From Amoeboradix gromovi X-113 (taxonomy: Eukaryota; Fungi; Sanchytriomycota), in NCBI GenBank assembly GCA_018985225.1, contig JADGIF010000189.1, forward strand, positions 1 through 15,469: a stretch of DNA of 15,469 nucleotides, written 5' to 3'. A program made the position numbers and the translations under genes. A model generated the notes under the pieces. That model saw only the letters and a list, made by a program, of their open reading frames with translations, searched no databases and was not told the origin of the DNA. Each line of letters opens with the position of its first letter. Position 1 is the first letter of the stretch. Below are positions 1 through 8,443 of the stretch, in pieces.

Positions 1-250
1 AGACCCTGCATCTCGTTCAAATATATGAGGTCTTTGAGCATCCAAGCAAAAGGTGCATTTTCTTAGACGGTACTCTTATCTATTTCATTCTCACAGACAC
101 TACATTTCTTTGAAGTGTAATCTATGGACAGTCTCCCTGACTCTTGTCTTGCTGAACTGTTCCAACAACTACATCTTCTTCAATGTCAGTGTCCGGCTTT
201 TTCTTCTTTGATTTACTGGTGTATGAAAGCTTTTGCTTTCTCTTGGCCAT
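1..250 (-). pseudogene. Possible disrupted ORF (Lys-rich N-terminus, CxxC), running off the left edge
   Basis: ATG at 250 reads MAKRKQKLSYTSKSKKKKPDTDIEEDVVVGTVQQDKSQGDCP*. A shifted frame continues ...DYTSKKCSVCENEIDKSTV*ENAPFAWMLKDLIYLNEMQG to the edge. It looks protein-like but has a frameshift and a stop, and no family is recognised. Confidence 0.25.
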
Positions 251-275
251 AACTTTATTAGGAAAGGTCTCTATT

Positions 276-363
276 TATGAATTAGTACTATGAATCAGTA
301 TTATGAATTAGTACTATGAATTAGTATTACGAATTAGTACTATGAATTAGTATTATGAATCAG
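276..363. repeat. Minisatellite, 13-bp unit TATGAATTAGTA(C/T), six full copies plus one partial
   Basis: Units start at 276, 289, 302, 315, 328, 341 and 354 (partial). The last base alternates C,T,C,T,C,T, giving a 26-bp higher-order period. Confidence 0.95.
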
Positions 364-624
364 AGGTTTATTTGAAATAAAGATTGGATGAAAGAGTAAG
401 AGAATAGCTGTACAGAATATTTATTTTTGAAATTTCGATACAAAAAGTTATTTATTTTCCTTTTATACTCGTCAACTCCGCAACTAGCTGAATGTCCACT
501 CGCCTCTTAAATAATGTTCCAAGTTGTTACAGAAATTTAGTCCAGTTTTTATATTTGATGTCACATTGTATTTTTTACAAAATTTTGGTACTGCTCTTGA
601 GTTCAGAAACTGAACCCTCTTTTG

Positions 625-640
625 TTTGATCCGGATCAAA
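625..640. repeat. Perfect 16-bp palindrome TTTGATCCGGATCAAA
   Basis: Read directly from the sequence. It lies next to the hairpin GTTCAG-AAA-CTGAAC at 601-615. Confidence 0.85.
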
Positions 641-1248
641 TACATGCATTTGCTTAATACCACTCATGTAGTGCGACTTACTGGGCAGTGTATTTGGCGC
701 TAGAGACAATGAGCATGATTGGTTGATTAAAGTTGTGCAAATTATGGTGCACTTTCAATTTGTACTTTGATTATAATCTATATAGTCCTCACTAAAAATC
801 CTGAGATACGATAAAATCAGGAACTCCACGGAGAAACTAACAATCTAGTCACTCCGTTGAATAATGATGCATATATTTCAAGTACATGGTTTTATTTAGT
901 TATAGATGACACTTGTGCATTTATTTGTTTCCATATAGGATCTCTTTAGAGTACCACGCATTTCTCAAGTTTTTAATCAGACACCATACATCAGTTGATA
1001 ATTCAAGACGTTATCTTTACATCTTCAAGCAATTACACTAACTGAAGACCGGACAGCAAGAGAATCAATGCTAGTATAATTATTTCGCCTCAATTTTTAT
1101 GATAAAGCATGGAATGCTTGAACTTAGCAATAATAAAAGTGTTGAGTAACTTTCAAGTTAATCAGTTTTATTATTTTTCATCCAATCACTAAGAAGACTT
1201 TTTCTACAAAATGTTAATTTTCATTTTCACGACTTCCAGTCGCAGCCG

Positions 1249-3162
1249 ATGATCATTAATGACAAGATTCCAAAATTTCACAGGCCTGTCCAAAGCAATA
1301 GGCAGTCCAGGCTGAAAATTGTCAATTCTACTGATACGCTAAACAATAAGACCTCTTCTGTTGTGGAATCTTTGGCGGCTAGTGAAAAGTTAGCCCAGGA
1401 TTACGCTGATTCCTATGACTCCAATTCATTAGAGCGCAGCAATAGAAGTACCATAAATCCCGGCACTGAGGCTCATTACAGCATATTTAATTCATCGCCT
1501 GAATTCACAACTCCAAGCAACCACTGTTCCATTGTATCATTCGACTCCCATAATAGTATTCAGAGTTTTAGAAATTCTGCTGCAATAAATGGCAGTGTTT
1601 CGTTGATTGGTATTCCTCGCTCCCAGTCATTCGTCGTTAGAAATAGTCTTGACTTGGATGATGACAATGCATCAACAAGATCTAATACTCCACCTTATAT
1701 AAATTTACCTAGTCCTCCTAAAAGACAAGCTAAAGTATCCGGTAAAACATTGAGGTTCTCAAAAAATCAGCTGTTTGTATTTGTCTCAATTTTAGTTGCT
1801 CTAGCATTAATAGCTATTTTAATACCTGTTCTAATTACAAAGAAACAATGCCAATTATCTGCAGTATGCGCTTCCCAAAATAGTACTAAAAACAATGTTC
1901 GCAAAAATAGCGGAAACGGAAATCCACCCGAGTCCATTTGCAATTGCCAGACCGACTCCAACTGTCCATGTCTCTCTCAATGTTCTTGCACAACTTCAGA
2001 TTGTAACTCAAAGTTTATTTATCCATCCATATCCAATTCCTCCTTTCTAAACTCTAATTTATTGTCCAATTCATTGTCAATCCTAAATCTGTCGTGCACT
2101 CAACAAATGCCATTGTTTCCATTTGGGCATAACAGTTCGTTATTGTTGTCGTATTACATATCAATATCACCCAACTACAACTCAATTAAGCAGCTCTCTA
2201 CGCTGCTAGTTACTAAAAACGAACTTGTTTTTGATTCGTTTTACATTAATAGCAAAACGCTTCAATTTGATTTTATTTATGGTGATACCAATGCCAGTAT
2301 AACCGATAGTGTGACTAAAGTAGATACGAGTATTCAACCCATACTCTTACAAGTATACGATAGGTCCATGGCTTTATCCCGCTTAAAGTCAAGTGCCTTA
2401 TCGTCGCTTTTCAAGAGATACAATCTATCCGATTCTACTCTGAGGAAGTTTAGAAAAAATATAATGCAAAGCAACATAATGCTTAATACTTTTCCAATGG
2501 ACTCCACCAAAATACTGAGAGATGTAATCAGTCCCACCAATTGCGTTGGTTTAAGCAACTACTTTAGTTTTGATATCAGCTGCTCTTTGTATCCTCAATT
2601 GGGTATTCTCAATCATTTACAACTAACGAGCGCTGATGTGGCAGGAGGCAAAAAGCAATTTGGTATGTTTCTTTCACAGTTTATAAAATCCAGTGTCATA
2701 TCCTTATATGATCCGTCTGAGCAAACTGTTACCAACAACAGAGATAGTGTGGCAGTCTTAAACTATATGGATCATGTCTTGTTTGATTATTTAATTGGTC
2801 TAGGCGTTAAAGAAGCAAAAAAAGTTGTTGAATGGATAGCAACTACTGGTACGTTTAAAGATATCAAGAATATCTCAAATCACAAAAACACGCTTTATGC
2901 AATAATTTTTGGCAAAATAACTCCACAATTGGCCGACTCTTACACCATGTCCCTAACTGTCGATAACTTTCTCAGTTCAGAGCTGCTAATCAACACAGAA
3001 GATATGACGAGCGCCAGGCAGTATTTAATGACAAATGATATACTACTAACTATATCATATGGCAATGAGTATGTGATAGATACAAATAGAGTAGAAGATA
3101 TATTAAAACGGAAAAGTAATGATACAACTCCAAAGGAACTGTGGAATATAATCAGCAAATAG
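1249..3162 (+). CDS. Uncharacterised single-pass (type II-like) membrane protein with Cys-rich ectodomain, 637 aa
   Basis: Long uninterrupted ORF. Ser/Asn-rich, probably disordered N-terminus (aa 1-170). Basic residues precede one hydrophobic helix, LFVFVSILVALALIAILIPVLI (aa 175-196). A Cys cluster follows (CNCQTDSNCPCLSQCSCTTSDC), then a globular-looking region with several N-x-S/T sites. Confidence 0.85.
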   Translation: MIINDKIPKFHRPVQSNRQSRLKIVNSTDTLNNKTSSVVESLAASEKLAQDYADSYDSNSLERSNRSTINPGTEAHYSIFNSSPEFTTPSNHCSIVSFDSHNSIQSFRNSAAINGSVSLIGIPRSQSFVVRNSLDLDDDNASTRSNTPPYINLPSPPKRQAKVSGKTLRFSKNQLFVFVSILVALALIAILIPVLITKKQCQLSAVCASQNSTKNNVRKNSGNGNPPESICNCQTDSNCPCLSQCSCTTSDCNSKFIYPSISNSSFLNSNLLSNSLSILNLSCTQQMPLFPFGHNSSLLLSYYISISPNYNSIKQLSTLLVTKNELVFDSFYINSKTLQFDFIYGDTNASITDSVTKVDTSIQPILLQVYDRSMALSRLKSSALSSLFKRYNLSDSTLRKFRKNIMQSNIMLNTFPMDSTKILRDVISPTNCVGLSNYFSFDISCSLYPQLGILNHLQLTSADVAGGKKQFGMFLSQFIKSSVISLYDPSEQTVTNNRDSVAVLNYMDHVLFDYLIGLGVKEAKKVVEWIATTGTFKDIKNISNHKNTLYAIIFGKITPQLADSYTMSLTVDNFLSSELLINTEDMTSARQYLMTNDILLTISYGNEYVIDTNRVEDILKRKSNDTTPKELWNIISK

Positions 3163-4154
3163 ATTTTGCATCGCTGAAATTGGAATGAATTCCATATCCC
3201 TCCAATTGGTTCTATTATCTCTAAATTTATTTCTGAAGCAATAGATTGTTGAGACAGCATATGTATACTAGAGTATTTAAATCAGCAATTCTCATAACAT
3301 CTAGAGGAATAAATCTGTTTCGTGAAATATAATATTACTAGTACAGTTCTTAGCAAGATTATCGATTTCTTCTTGGCAAGCATAGTAAACACAGTTGTCT
3401 AGCTAAATGTATGCAAATAATTGCAGTAGTTACAATAACTATTGCGATTGCAGTATGTAGGTCGTGCGTCTAAATCAGCAATTCATCAAGTCATTGCACC
3501 ACCAGCGACAAACCTCGGAAGAAAAAGGTACCGAAGCTTTTCATACAGATAAATGGCGGTCTGATTAGGAATTGAAAAATACTTATTGAGGGGTGGCGTG
3601 AAGGCGTGTTGCAACAATTTTCAAGGAATTATGGAGAATAAATCCGCATAGAAGAAATACAGTTGAACTATTGTTAAACTAGTAGGCTATAAAATAAGAG
3701 TAGCTGTAAAAATTATCTGGTCAAGTTGAGGAGCTATCGATTTAGGTGAAAATAACAATTTATTGCAATTACTTGACTTTTATTGCGCCAATAATTCTTT
3801 TTGCAGATACCTTCAACGGCATAAAAGCTTGATCTTATTTCTCTTCATCTACTGAAATGGGTCCAGGTCTCGAGATCCTAAATATACAAATTTTAAAGAA
3901 ATCGCTATTGTATAAAGAAAGCACACCTCTATATTCAGAAACCTGTGTAAAATAAATTTATATTACAAAGAAAAGGAAAGACATTGGTGTAATTAAATGT
4001 CACGCATCAGTCAATAGTGAACAAATTGTGGCGTTCTGAAGACAACCAATTAGGGAGATATGCGCGTGTACAAAATGTCATTTGTAAGTTGATAGAGAGC
4101 ATATGGCGACAAGGAACATGCACTAACATATAATGCGCCCTTGTTCAATCACAT

Positions 4155-4355
4155 CTCAGGCTACTGGAAGCGTGAGGAACCACTACAATGGTGCGACTGG
4201 CTTTATTAGTTTCTCTGTGGAAATTCTCGATTTTCTTGAAAATCAGAACTTTTAATGAGGGGTACTGCATAAAATTTAACACGCAACTAGGTTCGCTGGG
4301 GCAAAAAGAGTGTGAATTAGCCAACAAATTGCATAATTTGTTTTTAACTGTATAT
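4155..4355 (+). repeat. Diverged dispersed repeat / coding relic, copy A (homologous to 15279-15469 on the minus strand)
   Basis: 4155-4223 aligns without gaps to the reverse complement of 15401-15469 at 53/69 identity by hand count, including a shared TAGTTTCTCTGTGGAAA. Weaker protein-level similarity continues to about 4355. Confidence 0.8.
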
Positions 4356-4483
4356 TCGTGTTATGGCTTAATGGCTCACTTTGATGGCTTAGTATGGCTT
4401 GAAGTGAAACACGTTATTGGTAGCTCAAATTCTTTTTTTTATATAAATTCTCAACGGCCCATCGCAGTAATATTAGCACTCTA

Positions 4484-6295
4484 ATGAGTCGAGAATTAAC
4501 AAATCAGATTAAACCAAGTTTGGAAGAGTATGATATTCTGGAGACACTGGGATCAGGAGCCTTTAGTGAAGTAAAGAAAGCAATTCATAAGGAAACCAAA
4601 AACCTGGTTGCCATAAAAATTATCGATAGGGCAAAGTGCAAAGGCAAAGAGTCGATGATCCAGTCTGAAATAGATATTTTGAAAAAGGTGGAGCATCCCA
4701 ACATTGTTAAGTTATACGAGATATTTGAGTCTCCAGACAAAATATATCTTGTGATGGAACTGGTAACAGGCGGAGAGCTGTTTGATTCTATAGTAGAGCG
4801 AGGGAAGTATACAGAAAAAGATTCAGCTGAATTAATTTATCAGATTTTGAAAGGCATAGAATATTTACACTCTGTTGGAATATGCCACAGAGATTTAAAG
4901 CCCGAAAATTTGTTATATAATGACAAGTCCCCAAAATCCAAGATAATGCTGAGTGATTTTGGTTTATCCAAAATCTTCAATGATGACCAAGTTATGAAAA
5001 CGGCTTGCGGCACACCCGGATATGTAGCACCTGAAGTCTTAAGAAGGAAGGGGTATCGAAAAGAAGTTGACATGTGGTCTATCGGTGTAATAACATACAT
5101 ATTACTTTGTGGGTATCCACCATTTTACGAAGAAAACAACGCTGAACTATTTAACCAGATACTGAAAGGTAGATTTGAGTTTGACTCACCCTATTGGGAC
5201 AACATATCAAATCAGGCAAAGAACTTTGTATCTCGCTGTCTAGTTGTCGATTCCAGTCGGCGATTGACTGTTCATAACGGGCTGTGCCATCCATTTATTA
5301 CTGAGCATGTTCCTGAAGCATTGGAATCTATGAAGAGAGAGTTAGAAGAAGTTCGAAGATCTACTCGATCATTGCGAATAATGGACATTGAGACCATCGG
5401 ATTGAAGCCAAAAGGAAAGGACTTGGAGGATTCTGCAACAGTATTGTCATCAAGGGATCAGTTTTCAATGTTGAGTTCGATACCATTCAACAGCGCAGAT
5501 AAAGAGCCTGTACTTAAAGTTGCTAACATTGTAAACTATAACTTTTCCACAGTTTCCTCTGAGTGTCTTGAGATGTACCGAAAAGCACTTGCTGAGCAGC
5601 TACCTACATTTGATGTGGCCATTCTCCAGCATATTTTCTCTTCAAACCGCCCAAAAGAGAATGAACTATGGGTATCTCAGTTAAAAGCAAAGGGATTTCA
5701 CGTTGCTAGCTCCAGCGGCAAGTCGGTTTGGGGAAACTTGGATAATGGCTTAGCTATAATCTCAAAAATGCCAATTGTCGCAATTAGTACAATGTCACTA
5801 AAGAAAGGGCTTTTAGGTGATAAATTCCAAAGCAAGGCCGGGTTGTTTGCAAAGATACAAGTAGCAGATGACAGATCTATATACCTGTTTTCTTTTGATC
5901 TCAAAAGCTTAAAACAGTATTCTGTTGGAAAGGAAAAACAATTTCTTGTTATGAAGCAATTTATAAATACCCATACTAAGGATATGCGCAAGGGAGACTG
6001 TATAGTAAGTGGTGGTGACTTCTGCATTGAGCACCCTGAAGACTTGAATGAAATGAATGCATTATTACGAAAAGATAATTCACTGACATCTGGGCAAATG
6101 AATAAACCGCTCATGATGCAGGATGTTAGCAAACTGAGAGGAGTTGGTGAAGCAAAATCGCTAGTCAATTTGCTCTTTGTTGGAAATACTACACACCATT
6201 TGTGTGACGAGAGATTTGCAATTGATTCCAGCATGCTTGGATCTCATAACTTCTGTGGAGTAGATGGTATTACTGTACGTGTTGTATATAAATAA
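4484..6295 (+). CDS. CaMKI/Cmk-like Ser/Thr kinase fused to a C-terminal degenerate EEP (DNase I-like, neutral-sphingomyelinase-like) domain, 603 aa
   Basis: Kinase domain aa 16-272 has intact motifs: LGSGAFSEV, VAIK, HRDLKPEN, SDFG, TACGTPGYVAPE and the CaMKI-type LLCGYPPFY / FDSPYWDNIS. aa 344-603 shows EEP motifs in the expected order: VNYN, FDVAILQH, DNGLAIISKMPI, DKFQSK, GGDFC. Confidence 0.9.
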   Translation: MSRELTNQIKPSLEEYDILETLGSGAFSEVKKAIHKETKNLVAIKIIDRAKCKGKESMIQSEIDILKKVEHPNIVKLYEIFESPDKIYLVMELVTGGELFDSIVERGKYTEKDSAELIYQILKGIEYLHSVGICHRDLKPENLLYNDKSPKSKIMLSDFGLSKIFNDDQVMKTACGTPGYVAPEVLRRKGYRKEVDMWSIGVITYILLCGYPPFYEENNAELFNQILKGRFEFDSPYWDNISNQAKNFVSRCLVVDSSRRLTVHNGLCHPFITEHVPEALESMKRELEEVRRSTRSLRIMDIETIGLKPKGKDLEDSATVLSSRDQFSMLSSIPFNSADKEPVLKVANIVNYNFSTVSSECLEMYRKALAEQLPTFDVAILQHIFSSNRPKENELWVSQLKAKGFHVASSSGKSVWGNLDNGLAIISKMPIVAISTMSLKKGLLGDKFQSKAGLFAKIQVADDRSIYLFSFDLKSLKQYSVGKEKQFLVMKQFINTHTKDMRKGDCIVSGGDFCIEHPEDLNEMNALLRKDNSLTSGQMNKPLMMQDVSKLRGVGEAKSLVNLLFVGNTTHHLCDERFAIDSSMLGSHNFCGVDGITVRVVYK

Positions 6296-6595
6296 ATTTC
6301 ATTTTGTTAACTACCAGTGCAGCAGGAGAATTTCACTACTCTTATGGGGAGTATATCTTGGTTTATTGGTATATAAAAACAAAAAGGGATCCAACAAGGC
6401 AAAGATTTTCTAAACATCGCCTGCCGTACACAGCTAAAAATTTCAAGATTTTTATTGGCGAAGAACCGAATAGAGGTGACAAATAGGGATATTTGTACTC
6501 TGTTAATGCAGACTACCTTTTGAAAGATGATTTTAGAAAGTTTATTTAGTACTTGCATAGTATAAGAGAGAAACTGATAAGACTTGTTTTGCAGG

Positions 6596-7513
6596 CTATA
6601 TTCTTTCCACATCTTTTCTTGTGAACCCGTTGCCTTGCGCAACAGTGGCTTTGGTACGACCTTGATATATCGAAAAGCATCTGGTAATTAACAGTAGCAG
6701 TAAAAGCATAGTAGCAACAAGACCAAGCCAAAAGCATGTGCCAATTTGGATCCTAGCGTATCCAGTAGTACTTCCCAATGGAGATAAACCTCCCCATGGA
6801 TTAATAGTCAATTCTGCATATTTCTTCATTTTTGTTATCATAAATGCCCACATAGACATGGCTATGACGGCCGGAATAAAAGCAAGGCTGATGAAAATAG
6901 CGGAAACCATTGGTAATATCATTTGACTACTGAATAATTCAACTGTTAAAGTTGCAGTTGCTAATACTGTTGATATTAATGCCCAGTAGTACATAGCCTC
7001 GATTCCAACAAAAAAACTTGCAGCGTCTCCAAATATGTTATCGCTTTGCATTTGCATTATTGATTGCGAGTTTGTTATTTGACTTATAGACATGAGAGTC
7101 ATTTGGCTTCGCAGAGCTTCTTTTGGAGTAGTGCATTGTACAAAAGAGTTTCCATATTCTCGTCCACGTCGTGTCTCAATTTCTGCAAAAGGAATTGTAT
7201 TGATATCCCACAATGTCCCATATTGATACGAGTATAAACACCAATTTCTCATTGCGAATGAAATCTCAACTGGTGCTATTCCCATTGGACCCATGTTGTT
7301 TAACGGAATCGAACCCATTCCACCCAATGGATTGCCAAATAAATTGTTCATTCCGCCCGTAACACTAGCAGTATTAGTTCTTGAAATCTTGAGAAAAAAC
7401 CATGACTCCACGCCTGGAAGATCTGCTCCACCTATCATTGTAAGTATCAATGTCAGAACTGTTGCTATACCAATTCCGATGTTTACAAGAGTTAAAAGTT
7501 TATTTTTTTGCAT
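6596..7513 (-). CDS. SUR7/PalI/Rim9 (claudin-like) four-TM membrane protein, about 305 aa
   Basis: N-terminal TM followed by WFFLKI. The large loop carries two Cys (ISFAMRNWC, a degenerate GLW-x-x-C, and QCTTP). Three further TM helices follow, the last preceded by ARIQIG-x-x-FW. The first ATG is at 7513; the track start at 7525 is TTG. Confidence 0.75.
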   Translation of the reverse strand: MQKNKLLTLVNIGIGIATVLTLILTMIGGADLPGVESWFFLKISRTNTASVTGGMNNLFGNPLGGMGSIPLNNMGPMGIAPVEISFAMRNWCLYSYQYGTLWDINTIPFAEIETRRGREYGNSFVQCTTPKEALRSQMTLMSISQITNSQSIMQMQSDNIFGDAASFFVGIEAMYYWALISTVLATATLTVELFSSQMILPMVSAIFISLAFIPAVIAMSMWAFMITKMKKYAELTINPWGGLSPLGSTTGYARIQIGTCFWLGLVATMLLLLLLITRCFSIYQGRTKATVAQGNGFTRKDVERI

Positions 7514-7742
7514 TGTGAAATCCAAGGCGCTTGTCGGCTAATAACCAAATGCAGGAGATTGTGATCTGGACTGTACCTGAACAAGGACACGTTTGATTGG
7601 CAACACATCCTTGTGCTCGATTGTACACATTCAAGAAAGCACAACTGTTTCAAAGTTCAAAAGTTTGATATCCCACCCCTCTAGACTCCTTACAACATGG
7701 CAAATGGATTTAGAAGGAAGTACAAAGGAGAATCCTCGAACG

Positions 7743-8276
7743 ATGATTTTAGTGGCAGTCTGTTCATCACTTGCGTACACAAATGGATATAGCAACAATG
7801 GATATTCTAATGAATATTCTAATGGATATGGATATAGCAACCAGGGATCCTACGTTCCAAACTACAACAGCCCATCAAGAGAGATTCCGTCATATGAAAT
7901 GCCGTCGTATAGCCCACCTTCCTACGGAACCACGCCTTCCTATGTAGCACCAGCTTATGGATATGTAAAGCCACCACAGTATTCTAGACAGTCAGGTTAT
8001 AGCAACTCAGTAGGTATTGTTGACTCGAATGACAACTCAGCACCAGTTCCAGACCTACCAACGGGTAACTCCTCTCCAGGCCCTACTAACTCAGGACCTG
8101 TGACGGGTTCAAACCCATCACCATCAAAGCCATCTGATGAAGACGAAGATGAACCAGAAGCAACTGAAACTCTCACTACGAAACCCGCAAAGGGCACGAA
8201 AAAAGATTCAAAGTCATCTGCCTCTGTTCTTAGTGTAACCGCGCTCATTATTGCATTTCCGGCACTAGTTAACTAA
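7743..8276 (+). CDS. Secreted, probably GPI-anchored Tyr/Ser/Pro-rich surface or wall protein, 177 aa
   Basis: ATG 7743 gives a short signal-like MILVAVCSSLA. It is followed by YSN(N)GY-type repeats and PSY motifs, a Ser/Pro/Thr stalk, an acidic patch, and a GPI-like tail of small residues plus hydrophobic end (SSASVLSVTALIIAFPALVN). The track start at 7593 is TTG. Confidence 0.75.
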   Translation: MILVAVCSSLAYTNGYSNNGYSNEYSNGYGYSNQGSYVPNYNSPSREIPSYEMPSYSPPSYGTTPSYVAPAYGYVKPPQYSRQSGYSNSVGIVDSNDNSAPVPDLPTGNSSPGPTNSGPVTGSNPSPSKPSDEDEDEPEATETLTTKPAKGTKKDSKSSASVLSVTALIIAFPALVN

Positions 8277-8443
8277 TAAACAAGTTATAATCTACCAGCT
8301 TAAAGTAAATTACTTTGAATTTCTGAGACTTAGAAGTTTCGAAAGATTTTTGCTAAATAATGATCTTCGTTTAAATTGACGTTAGTTGAATATCCTAATT
8401 TGTTTATCGCATATTAAACAATCATTTAAGGAGGAGCATCACC

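Noticed and set aside
276-363. CRISPR-like array
   Set aside because: The units are head-to-tail with no unique spacers, the context is eukaryotic, and there are no cas genes.
4467-4488. Possible 22-nt intron GTAATATTAGCACTCTAATGAG linking ORF 4188-4484 to the CaMK gene
   Set aside because: The phases are incompatible, and the kinase is already complete from ATG 4484.
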